This document shows positions 28,827 to 37,961 of a stretch of 64,000 nucleotides of DNA, piece after piece. The stretch is from Verrucomicrobiota bacterium (lineage in GTDB: Bacteria; Verrucomicrobiota; Verrucomicrobiia; Limisphaerales; SIBE01): contig VHDE01000006.1 in NCBI GenBank assembly GCA_016871515.1, positions 460 through 64,459 on the forward strand. The letters run 5' to 3'. The notes under the pieces were generated by a model. That model was not told the origin of the DNA. It saw only the letters and a program-made list of their open reading frames with translations, and did no database searches. The position numbers were made by a program, and so were the translations under genes. The number at the start of each line of letters is the position of its first letter. The stretch's first letter is position 1.

Positions 28827-30104
28827 TCAATAACCATCCCCTTGCCTCACCCAGGCCTCATTAAAATGCGCGTGCTTGATCGCTTTACTCGCCCGGCGGC
28901 CTTGGCCGTCTTTCGGAAGATCGGGATTGCCCGAAAAATAACTGTAGCTCGCGTGCAGACTCCCGTCCCTCGCTTGCATAATGCTCGGGTAATGGTATTG
29001 ACCCGCGTTTGAGCCGGAGGCCTCGGCTTCCAAGTGCCGTTTCCATTTCCAGGTTTTTCCTTCGTCATCGGAAATCTGCACGGCCAAACTGTGCCGGCCC
29101 CGTTCGGTATCGTTGCTGATCAAAAGCCAATGGCCATTCTTCAAGGAAGTGATTTCAGCGCCTGAGCCGGGATTGGGAAACTCGGTGTCCGTTACAACCG
29201 CCCACGTCTCGCCACGGTCGCGGGATTCGCTTTGATGCAGGCGCTTCGGTGCTGGGCCGTTGTCACGCATCAGTGTGAAGAGCGAGCCATCCTTGCGGCG
29301 AACGATGCTCGGTTGAATATTGCCGGCGGCAACCAGCGGCGTGCTCGCACGCCAGGTTTTCCCCCAGTCATCGGTGATCGCCATGAGCGAGAACGAGAAG
29401 CCATCCGAATAAAGCGGAACAATCAAGCGCGTTTGATCGAGAATGAACGGGTGCGCGCGCGTCATCCAGCCGAGGCGGCGATACAATTTGTCCGTAGAAT
29501 TCTTGCGCATTCGGGCCAGATAATCCTGAGCACGCTGTTGGGCGGCTTCCGGCAAGGGCGAGTTTTGAAGCGTTGCTTCCGTGCGTTCGATGTACTTCGC
29601 GACTTCCGCTTCGAACTCTTTTCCCGGCGTCACGTGCAGAACTTCGCTGACTTCCCATTTGGGCGGACCATTCCCGGCGTAATCAGATGAAATCTTGTAT
29701 TTCATCAAAGCCGTGTGCCATTCGTTTGCGAGAATGGTCGGCCAAAGCAGCCAGAGACGTCCTTGAGGATCGATGAACATCGTGCAATTCGTGTCGGGAT
29801 AATCGGGCGTGTCGGCCATGGTAAAACGCGGACTCCACTCCTGCGCGCCTTTGCGCAACCGCGCACCTTCGATTTTCACATCGTCGGCCGTGCGTTCGCC
29901 CGACCCATGAAACCAGCAGACCACCAAATCACCATTGAGTGCTTCGACGATGCACGAGGCGTGGTTGTGCCAATGTTCGAGCGGGAAGATCAGTTCCGCT
30001 TTGTGGAAAGGGGCATCCGGTTCTGCGGCGATGCTTCGCGCGAACTGCGGCATTGCAGCCAACAGCAGGATCTGAAGAACGGTAAGGAGGCGGGACTTGT
30101 TCAT
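28827..30104 (-). CDS. BNR/Asp-box repeat sialidase-like glycoside hydrolase
   Basis: Start moved to ATG 30104 (signal MNKSRLLTVLQILLLAAMPQFARS). Three Asp-boxes: TDDWGKTW, SRDRGETW, SDDEGKTW. Confidence 0.8.
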   Translation of the reverse strand: MNKSRLLTVLQILLLAAMPQFARSIAAEPDAPFHKAELIFPLEHWHNHASCIVEALNGDLVVCWFHGSGERTADDVKIEGARLRKGAQEWSPRFTMADTPDYPDTNCTMFIDPQGRLWLLWPTILANEWHTALMKYKISSDYAGNGPPKWEVSEVLHVTPGKEFEAEVAKYIERTEATLQNSPLPEAAQQRAQDYLARMRKNSTDKLYRRLGWMTRAHPFILDQTRLIVPLYSDGFSFSLMAITDDWGKTWRASTPLVAAGNIQPSIVRRKDGSLFTLMRDNGPAPKRLHQSESRDRGETWAVVTDTEFPNPGSGAEITSLKNGHWLLISNDTERGRHSLAVQISDDEGKTWKWKRHLEAEASGSNAGQYHYPSIMQARDGSLHASYSYFSGNPDLPKDGQGRRASKAIKHAHFNEAWVRQGDGY

Positions 30105-30264
30105 GGTTGCCATTTCGTCAAGGAATTGAGTTGCGTTACACAATGGCAATCACCAGCCGAGAAGACAAGGGCGGAGACGATCTGCTAGAGCGATAGCAAT
30201 TCGCATTTGGGCGGCCCCGGACGGTGCGCTGAACCACTGACCTTGAATCAAGCGCTGTGAGAGT

Positions 30265-30300
30265 GATGCTTGCTCCTGATCTTGATCTTGCTCCTCAAGG
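30265..30300. repeat. 6-nt periodic tandem repeat
   Basis: gatgcttgctcctgatcttgatcttgctcctcaagg. Resembles the family I arms. Confidence 0.3.
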
Positions 30301-30498
30301 ACAACGCGGCCAGGCGGAAGGCCGACGAAGTAAAGCGGTCATGCGAGGCATGGTTCCCAAGATGCCCAAGAAACCAGGTCGCCAAAAGCAAACTGCTGCG
30401 GGACGCACTGCAACCATAAAGAGGGTTCGCAGCATGAGTCAGTAACGCGCGAGTGACCGCCTGCACGAGCCTGCAGGAGCACGTCCAATGACCAAGAC

Positions 30499-31845
30499 TT
30501 ATTGACCTCGCGTGAGGTCGGCGCAGATGATTTCCTGATCATTGCGCACGTAAATACGCTTGTTTGCAAAAGCCGGATGCGACCAGACCACGTCGCGTCC
30601 CGGATCTCGATTCGTTGGCTCCAACAGATGGGCGCGACTGATTTCCTCGTAGCCTGTCGGTTTGAGTTTCGCGATGATCAAATCGCCCTTTTCGTTGAAC
30701 AAGAAAAACCGGCCGGTGTGTTTTACGAGGAAGGCATTAGCCCATCGTGCTTCCTTTCCATCCGGCGTCGTGGCGCTCAAAGTCTCCCATAAACGCTCGC
30801 CGGTGTTCGCCTTTAAGCACCGCAGTTGGCCGTAGCTGCAGACACCATAAACATGTCCGTCTTCAATAAACGGAGTGCTCATAATGCTGTGAAGCGCATC
30901 GGTATCTTTTTCGCTGGCTTTCGCGCTCTTCCAAATCAACGACGGTCTTTCAGCATTCCATCGAAATGCCATTGACCCGTTGTAAAACGAAGTAAAGAAA
31001 AGCATATCTCCGCTCTGGCGCGGCGTTGAGACGGTCAGTGCCGAACGAATGCCGAATGGTTCCGACCAATAAACTCGGCCGGTTTCCGGATCGAGCGAGT
31101 TGATCGATTCCGGATGCCAGATAATCAATTGCCGCTTCCCGCCCGCTTCAAAAATCGTCGGAGGACAATAGCCCGGCTCTTTCGCCTTTAACGCGCGCCA
31201 TAGTTCTTTGCCGGTTTCTTTGTCAAAGGTGACTGCTGTGCTTCCATCGCCTCCAACTAGGCAGATTAACTTATTTCCATCGAGCAACGGATGGCCGGCG
31301 AATCCCCAGAGCGGCGTGGGGATTCCGTAATCCTTCTTGAAATCGCGTGACCAAATGACCTTGCCGTTTTCAGTGTTCAGGCAATGCAAGTGTCCTTCGG
31401 CGCCCAAGGTGTACACCTTGCCGCCGGCGACCAGCGGCGTTGCGCGCGGACCGGCCGCGTAGCTGACCGTGTAAGGGCAATCGTATTCATGTTGCCAAAG
31501 AGTTTTCCCGTCGTTTTCATCCAAGCAGAGGATGCGTTCGACACCGGCAATTGACCCTCGACTGAATGCGTTCGCTGGATTGGCGGCGCCTTGGGCCAGT
31601 TTGCGATCCATGACGTAGACTCGCCCGTTTGCGACAGCTGGCCCCGTGTAACCGCCGCCGATATTCACCCGCCAGCGCACCTTGGGGCCGCCCCTTGGGA
31701 ACTTCTCCAGAATTCCATCTTCGCGCCAAACTCCGTCGCGCTGGGGGCCAAGCCATTGGGGCCAATCGTCCGCGCGCAGGGAAGAGCTGATCGCGATCAG
31801 AAAGGCGAACGTTAAATTTAGAAGAGGTCTAAGTTGTGGAAACAT
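30499..31845 (-). CDS. PQQ-like beta-propeller repeat protein
   Basis: Signal peptide, then ADDWPQWLGPQRDGVW and recurring G.VY / W motifs typical of PQQ-enzyme-repeat (BamB-like) propellers. Confidence 0.8.
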   Translation of the reverse strand: MFPQLRPLLNLTFAFLIAISSSLRADDWPQWLGPQRDGVWREDGILEKFPRGGPKVRWRVNIGGGYTGPAVANGRVYVMDRKLAQGAANPANAFSRGSIAGVERILCLDENDGKTLWQHEYDCPYTVSYAAGPRATPLVAGGKVYTLGAEGHLHCLNTENGKVIWSRDFKKDYGIPTPLWGFAGHPLLDGNKLICLVGGDGSTAVTFDKETGKELWRALKAKEPGYCPPTIFEAGGKRQLIIWHPESINSLDPETGRVYWSEPFGIRSALTVSTPRQSGDMLFFTSFYNGSMAFRWNAERPSLIWKSAKASEKDTDALHSIMSTPFIEDGHVYGVCSYGQLRCLKANTGERLWETLSATTPDGKEARWANAFLVKHTGRFFLFNEKGDLIIAKLKPTGYEEISRAHLLEPTNRDPGRDVVWSHPAFANKRIYVRNDQEIICADLTRGQ

Positions 31846-31915
31846 GCTGCGACTATAGGGGACCCGGGGAAATTAGGTCACTGAGAAACTGAAACCATTT
31901 TGAGGTGTTGTAACG

Positions 31916-32353
31916 ATGGTTCAGACGAAGCAACAAATCGTTATTCGAAACGGCGATCCATTCGGACACAATGTCCACGTGCTAACGACATCTTCCGGCA
32001 ATCTGGAGCGCAACTTGGCGCTCATGCCTGAGAAAGAGCTTCTATTGAGTTTTCCGCGACCCGAGATGAACTTGCGGCTCACCTGCGATATCCACGGCTG
32101 GGAATTCGGTTGCGTTCACGTCATCGAGCACCGCTATTTCGCGGTTACTGGCCGGGACGGAGTCTTCAGTCTGACCAACGTGCCGCCTGGCAAATACACG
32201 GTTGAAGCATCTCATCGAAAGGCGGGCAGCACCGTTCGCGATGTAACAATTCGTGCCGGCGAGAAGGTCGATCTCGAATTTGTCCTCGATGTTCCCGCGC
32301 CCGAGAGCCGACCCGGTTCACAGCCCATGGCAAGGCCAGCGGTACGCAAGTGA
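31916..32353 (+). CDS. cupredoxin-like / carboxypeptidase-regulatory-like domain protein, apparently N-terminally short
   Basis: IRNGDPFGHNVHV, CDIHGWEFGCVHVIEHRYFAVTGRDGVFSLTNVPPGKYTVEA. No signal peptide. Begins in the middle of the usual family domain. Confidence 0.5.
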   Translation: MVQTKQQIVIRNGDPFGHNVHVLTTSSGNLERNLALMPEKELLLSFPRPEMNLRLTCDIHGWEFGCVHVIEHRYFAVTGRDGVFSLTNVPPGKYTVEASHRKAGSTVRDVTIRAGEKVDLEFVLDVPAPESRPGSQPMARPAVRK

Positions 32354-32359
32354 CCAAAG

Positions 32360-32478
32360 GGGCGCAGGACCGCAGCGTTCACGCTGCGGAAACGTCAGCA
32401 ACTGCGAAACAGTTGAATTACCTGAAGGGACCGTCGGCATTTCCGCAGCGTAAACGCTGCGGTCCCGTCGGACAGTTT
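32360..32478. repeat. family E palindromic element
   Basis: ggaccgcagcgttcacgctgcggaaa (32367-32392) versus tttccgcagcgtaaacgctgcggtcc (32440-32465), with 1 mismatch. A second copy lies at 51821-51946. Confidence 0.65.
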
Positions 32479-32543
32479 GTAAAATTCCGACGTATCCACG
32501 TCCCGCTCGACAAACTGAACGCTTAGCACCACTCTACCGGCCA

Positions 32544-33152
32544 ATGGCAACCGCATCGGACTCTCCACTCGAACGTTTGTGGACCGAATACAGCCTCGTT
32601 TTCCGCGACTTTGATGACCTGACGCTAGCGCGCTGGATGGCTCAAACTCTTGGGCAGCTGCGAGGGCGTCCGTGGCGGCTTTCTCATCCATTGCTTGGCG
32701 CTTATCGGCTCGCCGCCCAATTGGCGCACGACCGGCAAATCTGGCTGAAACGCCTCGTCAACTCGCCGCCGGCTTATCCGGAGTCATCCTGTTGCCGGGC
32801 GCCGTTGCTGCCGTTGCTGACGCGCGACGTTTTGGAATCCGGGCTCGTCTGTCAACATTGTGGCGGAACTGCCGTCAGCTTCGAAGAACTGCCCGAAGAC
32901 GTTGCCGCATCAATTAAGACATGGGCAGACGAATACTCGCCCGTGCATGCCGTCGCGCATTGGGACGATCGCCAGCGCAAAGGCGCCGGCGATTACGACC
33001 AAGCCTTGGAGAATGCCGCCAAAGATGCGGAACGGCTGCTCGCCTTTGCCGGCGGCAGAATCCTCCCCAAAATGCTCGAGCATTATCCTGTTGTCGTCTG
33101 GGAAGATCAGGATGAATGCCTGGAGGTGCGGCCTGAAGATATTACAGTTTGA
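32544..33152 (+). CDS. hypothetical protein
   Basis: 202-aa ORF with protein-like composition. Contains CC...CQHC cysteines. No family recognised. Confidence 0.5.
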   Translation: MATASDSPLERLWTEYSLVFRDFDDLTLARWMAQTLGQLRGRPWRLSHPLLGAYRLAAQLAHDRQIWLKRLVNSPPAYPESSCCRAPLLPLLTRDVLESGLVCQHCGGTAVSFEELPEDVAASIKTWADEYSPVHAVAHWDDRQRKGAGDYDQALENAAKDAERLLAFAGGRILPKMLEHYPVVVWEDQDECLEVRPEDITV

Positions 33153-33179
33153 AAGGGAAGCCGAGCTGCGAACTTCGGT

Positions 33180-33268
33180 CCGTGTTCTCGTTTGCCCTTG
33201 TGTCCGCCTTCGGCGTTCACAAGCGCTGAGGACGGGAAGACGAGACGACGGGACAAGGAGAACACGGA
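33180..33268. repeat. imperfect inverted repeat
   Basis: ccgtgttctcgtttgcccttgtgtccg ... cgggacaaggagaacacgg. Confidence 0.4.
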
Positions 33269-33343
33269 GTTGATTGGTCCTGCAAACTGCTCACTCTCTC
33301 AATGCCAGTTGAGGACGGAATGCTTTCGTGATAACAAAGGCCG

Positions 33344-34048
33344 ATGAGATTCTTGTTTCGCTGGGCCTTTCGACTCTTCCTCATCCTGGTTGTTGTCGTC
33401 GTCGCCCTGGTCCTTCTCAAAGACGCGCTCTGCAAATCTCTGGCGGAACATCGACTGCGGGCTGAGACAGGATTGGACGCAAGAATTGGGAAGTTGGAAA
33501 TCGGCCTCCTGCATCCGACGCTAACGATCGAGAATCTCAAACTTTACAACACGGCTGAATTCGGCGGCTCGCCGTTTGTTGATTTGCCCGAATTGCACCT
33601 CGAAGCCAGCCCCCGCGCATTTGCCTCGCAACGACTCCAATTCAGACTCGTTCGCGTTTCCTTGAACGAACTAAACATTGTCGAAAGCAAAGACGGCCGG
33701 ACGAACATCATCGGACTACTCGGCCAGTTAGAGACCATAGTCTCAACGAACAGCGCTAAGGAAACGGTGCTTGGCTTTCCCTTCGACGGCATCGACACGC
33801 TCAATCTGACGCTGGGCAAGATCAAGTATCTCAGCATGAAGAAACCCGGCAAGAGCACGGAAGTGGACCTTGGCTTGAAGAACAAGATCGTGACGGGCGT
33901 GAAGTCTGTCGAAGATCTTTCCAACATTCTGATTACAGCCATGCTGCAAAAAGGGATCACGCTTCTCGGCAATCCGATTGGGGCGCCCGCGGAATCTCCG
34001 AAGAGTTCGAAGCCGACGGCCAAACCGGTGAAGCCTCAAACACGGTAG
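33344..34048 (+). CDS. membrane-anchored hypothetical protein (AsmA-like N-terminus)
   Basis: N-terminal TM FRLFLILVVVVVALVLL followed by a beta-rich region. Basic, Pro-rich tail. Confidence 0.6.
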   Translation: MRFLFRWAFRLFLILVVVVVALVLLKDALCKSLAEHRLRAETGLDARIGKLEIGLLHPTLTIENLKLYNTAEFGGSPFVDLPELHLEASPRAFASQRLQFRLVRVSLNELNIVESKDGRTNIIGLLGQLETIVSTNSAKETVLGFPFDGIDTLNLTLGKIKYLSMKKPGKSTEVDLGLKNKIVTGVKSVEDLSNILITAMLQKGITLLGNPIGAPAESPKSSKPTAKPVKPQTR

Positions 34049-34077
34049 AAAAGTCACGCAGCCGGACCATAAGCTTC

Positions 34078-34152
34078 GTAGGACAGCGCGTCCCGCCTGT
34101 CCTGCTTTTGGTGCAGCAAATGCGGGACAGGCGGGACGCCTCTTGTCCTACG
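34078..34152. repeat. family A palindromic element
   Basis: gtaggacagcgcgtcccgcctgtcctgc ... gggacaggcgggacgcctcttgtcctac. Confidence 0.7.
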
Positions 34153-34227
34153 GCGCCGGTTCCTCGAAGGTCGCCTGAACCCGAAGGCAAGGCTGGAAAG
34201 CCCTTGCTAGCCAGGCCGGTGCATCCC

Positions 34228-34406
34228 GAAGTTGTCCGCACAATCGTAGCGGCCGGCATCCTGCCTGCCAGTAGAGCCGGGGCATCTTGCCCGGCGGATC
34301 GCGTGTGCGGCCTAACAACGCAAACACCGAGTCTCAAAGGCTGTTCCTCGCGGCAGGATGCGCGCCCTCTACGGCAGGCAGGATGCCCGCCGCTACCGAC
34401 AACTTC
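34228..34406. repeat. family B composite long-hairpin element (about 180 nt)
   Basis: Arms gaagttgtc...cggcatcctgcctgcc...ggcatcttgcccggcgg and cgcggcaggatgcgcg...ggcaggcaggatgcccgccgctaccgacaacttc. Near-identical architecture to 37768-37936. Confidence 0.7.
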
Positions 34407-34429
34407 AGATGCACTGTGGCTAGGCCACG

Positions 34430-35500
34430 TCAAATCTTGACCTTAAATTGCTCCCCTGCTTTCAGTGACAGTGCGAAGGCCGCCATCAATTCCGGAATCT
34501 GTTTCAAATCCTTCAAGCTGACTAACTCCACCGGCGAATGCATGTAACGGTTCGGCAGGCTGATTAAGGCGCTCGGAATTCCGCCGCGCGTCCAGAAAAT
34601 TACGTCCGTATCCGTGCCTGAGGCTGCGGACATCGCTTCGTGCTGAATTTTGATCTTTTGTTCCGCAGCGACCTTCTCCAAGCGGGCCACCACCTCCGGA
34701 TGATTGCAGCCGCCATGAGTGATCGTCGGCCCCTTCCCAATGCTGATATCGCCATGCTGAATTTTGCTGACGCCCGGATAATCCGTCGCATGCGTGACAT
34801 CCACGACGAGCGCCGCATCTGGTTTCAGTGTGTAAGCAATTTGCCGCGCGCCGAGCAGTCCGACTTCTTCCATGATGTTCGACACGGCGGAGATTTCCGC
34901 CTTGAGCTTCTGTTTGCTCTCCGTCAAAAGCCGCAAGGTTTCCGCAACCGCGAACGTGCCGATCCGATTGTCAAAAGCCCGCGCAATCGCAAGGTCCTCG
35001 CGCAGCAGCTCGAATTCATCGTTCAAGGTAATTGGGTCCGCGATGGAAACCAATTTCTCGGCCTCCTTCCGATTCTTAACGCCAATATCGATGAAGAGAT
35101 CCTGCATCTTCGGAACTTTCCGTTCCGGTTCTTCACGCATCAGATGTGGCGCGACATTTCCAACCACGCCTTTGACCGGACCTTCGTTCGAATGAATGGT
35201 GACTCGCTGGGCCTTTGTAATCGCAGGATCGACGCCCCCCAGCCGGCGCACGTAAATGAAACCTTTGTCATCGATGTAATTGACCGTCATCGCGATTTCA
35301 TCGGCGTGCCCGGCCAGCATCACGCGCGGAGAACCTCCTTTGTTTAACGTCGCCACAGCGTTTCCGTGCGCGTCGGTGAAGGTTTCATCGGCAAATTGCG
35401 CGACATAATTCAGCCAAACGCGTTGTCCGCGCGCTTCATGACCGGGCGGGCTCGGGGTATTGATCAGCGTTTGCAGGAATCTGATAGATTGTTCGCGCAT
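34430..35500 (-). CDS. M42 family metallopeptidase (glutamyl aminopeptidase/FrvX-like)
   Basis: 356 aa. N-terminal LINTPSPPGHE. HADEI, DNRIG and EEVGLLGA blocks. Confidence 0.85.
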   Translation of the reverse strand: MREQSIRFLQTLINTPSPPGHEARGQRVWLNYVAQFADETFTDAHGNAVATLNKGGSPRVMLAGHADEIAMTVNYIDDKGFIYVRRLGGVDPAITKAQRVTIHSNEGPVKGVVGNVAPHLMREEPERKVPKMQDLFIDIGVKNRKEAEKLVSIADPITLNDEFELLREDLAIARAFDNRIGTFAVAETLRLLTESKQKLKAEISAVSNIMEEVGLLGARQIAYTLKPDAALVVDVTHATDYPGVSKIQHGDISIGKGPTITHGGCNHPEVVARLEKVAAEQKIKIQHEAMSAASGTDTDVIFWTRGGIPSALISLPNRYMHSPVELVSLKDLKQIPELMAAFALSLKAGEQFKVKI

Positions 35501-35510
35501 GGGAGGTATT

Positions 35511-35800
35511 AGGCGATAGGCAATAGCCGGTAGGCAATAGGAAAAGCTTCGAAAGTTTGGTCGTAACGCAGACTTATAGTCTGCCGTAGCGCCGACTTGC
35601 AGTCGGCGCCGGTTTCGCTCTATCGAGCGCGTTGGATCTTTCGGAGCCGACGCGAATCGAAAATCCGCGATACGGCAGAGTGAAACTCTCCGCTACGAGA
35701 ATGGCGCGTTTCGCCTCGCGGTGGGGTAAGGACGCTGCCCCGGTGCAGGTCGCATCAGTTTTTTCTTGCCTATCGCCTATCGCCTATCGCCTATTGCCTG
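35511..35800. repeat. divergent intergenic region bracketed by inverted 7-nt tandem repeats (family G) with family F hairpins inside
   Basis: Left aggcgataggcaatagccggtaggcaatagg. Right cctatcgcctatcgcctatcgcctattgcctg. Inner hairpins gcagacttatagtctgc and gcgccgacttgcagtcggcgc. Confidence 0.55.
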
Positions 35801-35807
35801 CATCGCT

Positions 35808-36875
35808 ATGCGCAGTGAGTTGTTGAAAAACGTCAGCCGAATTGTCCTGAAACTTGGAACCGGAGTTTTGACCGACCAGCGGAAGCAACCGGACTTGTCA
35901 CAAATGGAGCAACTCGTGGCGCAGATTGCCGCACAGGGCCGCGAGATTGTCGTCGTCACGTCCGGGGCAGTCGGCGCCGGAATGGGGGTTCTCGGCTTCG
36001 AAAAGCGTCCGAGCGAACTGGCCGAATTGCAAGCGTGCGCCGCCGTTGGACAATCGCGTCTCATGGCGACCTACGAAAAGCTTTTTGCCAAGTCCGGCTG
36101 GCGCGTCGCGCAAGTCCTCCTGACCCACGATGATCTCCAGCATCACGAACGGCACTTGAATGCTCGCAACACGCTCCTTAGCTTGCTGCGGCACCGCGTC
36201 ATTCCCATTATTAACGAGAATGACGCGGTCTCCTTCACCGAGCTCAAATTTGGCGACAACGACAAACTGTCCGCCCTGGTCGCCTGCTTGCTGCCTGCCG
36301 ATCTGTTAGTCATCTTGACGACCGTGGATGGCGTGCTCGAGAATTTTGGAACGCCTAACGCCAGAACAATTTCTTCCATCGAACAGGTGGACCAAACCGT
36401 AGAACAACTCGCCAGCGGGACTACGAGTGCGACCGCGGTCGGCGGAATGACTTCGAAACTCCAGGCGGCGAAAATCGTGATGCGCGCTGGTGTGCCGCTG
36501 GTGATCGCTTCCGGCAAAAAGCAGGATGTGCTCGCGCGTATTCTAGCAGGCGAGAACGAAGGGACTATTTTCATCCCGCAGCCCAACAAACTCAAAGGGC
36601 GGAAACGTTGGATTGCATTTTTTCATCACCCGAAAGGCTCGCTGTTCGTCGATGAAGGCGCCAAGAAGGCCTTGCGGGAAGCAGGCAAAAGTTTGCTCCC
36701 GCCGGGAATCGCCAGATGCGACGGCGAGTTTGCCGCCGGAGAAATCGTCCGTATCTGTGACCTGGATGGCACGGAATTCGCCCGCGGGATTTGCGATTTC
36801 GGTTCGGACGCTATCCGGAAGCGCGACCTGCCGCGGGCAGAGGTAGTTCACCGGGATAATTTGGTCGTGCTTTAG
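35808..36875 (+). CDS. proB: glutamate 5-kinase
   Basis: Start moved to ATG 35808. IVLKLGTGVLT, VVTSGAVGAG, NENDAV. C-terminal PUA domain. Confidence 0.92.
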   Translation: MRSELLKNVSRIVLKLGTGVLTDQRKQPDLSQMEQLVAQIAAQGREIVVVTSGAVGAGMGVLGFEKRPSELAELQACAAVGQSRLMATYEKLFAKSGWRVAQVLLTHDDLQHHERHLNARNTLLSLLRHRVIPIINENDAVSFTELKFGDNDKLSALVACLLPADLLVILTTVDGVLENFGTPNARTISSIEQVDQTVEQLASGTTSATAVGGMTSKLQAAKIVMRAGVPLVIASGKKQDVLARILAGENEGTIFIPQPNKLKGRKRWIAFFHHPKGSLFVDEGAKKALREAGKSLLPPGIARCDGEFAAGEIVRICDLDGTEFARGICDFGSDAIRKRDLPRAEVVHRDNLVVL

Positions 36876-36890
36876 CGGTGAATGTTCGCA

Positions 36891-36978
36891 TCTCCATGAA
36901 CCGGTTGGGAGGGCGGCGTTGCTGCGCCGCCTTGCCTAACCGCGATATCGGCGGCGCAGCAACGCCGCCCTGCCAGCC
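36891..36978. repeat. family D palindromic element
   Basis: Perfect 21-nt inverted repeats gggcggcgttgctgcgccgcc (36911-36931) / ggcggcgcagcaacgccgccc (36950-36970). Preceded by tctccatgaacc. Confidence 0.65.
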
Positions 36979-36990
36979 ATTCTTTGAACC

Positions 36991-37719
36991 TTGAACCCGC
37001 CTTTGAAATCACCCGCGATTAACGATCTTCTGAAAGTCATGGCGAAACTCCGGTCACCAACGGGCTGTCCGTGGGACCGCCAGCAAACGCATCAGACTCT
37101 CCGTTTCCACGCCGTCGAAGAAGTTTATGAACTCATGGACGCCATCGAAGCCCAGGACGACCACGAGATGCTGGAGGAACTAGGCGATCTGCTGCTTCAA
37201 GTCGTTTTCCATTGCCAGCTCGCACAGGAACGCCGCGCCTTTAACTTTGATCAGGTCGCTCGACATATCGTGGAAAAGCTGATTCGCCGGCATCCTCACG
37301 TGTTTGGAAAAACGAAGGTGAAGGATGTTGAAGGAGTCTGGACCCAATGGGAGCAAATCAAGCGCGCCGAGAAGAAAGGCACTCGCCACGAACGCCCGTC
37401 CGCCCTGGACGGAATTCCCAAGCATCTGCCCGCCCTTTTGCGCGCAGAAAAACTCCTTAAGAAAGCTCGCAAAGCAGGACTGACCGCCGAGCCGTCTACA
37501 CAAGTCTCCGTGCCAAACCGCAAACTCACGAAAGCCGCTATCGCCAACGAACTGTTGGCCTTGACCAACTACGCTCAACGGAACGGATGGTCGGCCGAAG
37601 CGTTGTTACGCTCGGAAATTCAAAGAACCGAGCGAAGGCTTCGGCGCCTTGAGCAGATTCGTGAGAAGCCGGCAAAATCGAGTTATGAGCGAAAGGCAGG
37701 CTTGTCGAAGTCCAGATAA
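36991..37719 (+). CDS. mazG: nucleoside triphosphate pyrophosphohydrolase
   Basis: LRSPTGCPWDRQQTHQTLRFHAVEEVYELMDAIE, EELGDLLLQVVFH. TTG start assumed. Confidence 0.85.
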   Translation: MNPPLKSPAINDLLKVMAKLRSPTGCPWDRQQTHQTLRFHAVEEVYELMDAIEAQDDHEMLEELGDLLLQVVFHCQLAQERRAFNFDQVARHIVEKLIRRHPHVFGKTKVKDVEGVWTQWEQIKRAEKKGTRHERPSALDGIPKHLPALLRAEKLLKKARKAGLTAEPSTQVSVPNRKLTKAAIANELLALTNYAQRNGWSAEALLRSEIQRTERRLRRLEQIREKPAKSSYERKAGLSKSR

Positions 37720-37767
37720 TGGCCTTCACTGGCGGCGGCTACGAGATGCACTCCTTTTAGCCCCTCC

Positions 37768-37936
37768 AAAGTTCTTGGTAGCGGGGGGCATCCTGCCTGC
37801 CGCAGAGGGCGTGCATCTTGCCGCCCGGAGCAACGCTTGAAACGAGGAGGCTGCGTTCTAGTGCGTGCGCGTGATCCGCCGGGCAGGATGCCTTGGCTCT
37901 ACGGCAGGCAGGATGCCCGCCGCTACCGACAACTTC
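37768..37936. repeat. family B composite long-hairpin element, second copy
   Basis: Left arm aaagttcttggtagcggggggcatcctgcctgccgcagagggcgtgcatcttgccgcccgg. This is roughly the reverse complement of the right arm ccgccgggcaggatgccttggctctacggcaggcaggatgcccgccgctaccgacaacttc. Confidence 0.7.
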
Positions 37937-37961
37937 GGGATGGTGCGCAGGTTTCGCTTAT

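Noticed and set aside
33957-34440. ORFs 33957-34433(-), 34108-34440(+), 34287-34547(+), 37837-38226(+), 37865-38065(+) and 37893-38207(+) as possible small proteins.
   Set aside because: They are translations of family A/B palindromic elements (…DRRDASCPT…, …GRMPAATDN…, …QAGCPPLPTTS…) and read similarly on both strands.
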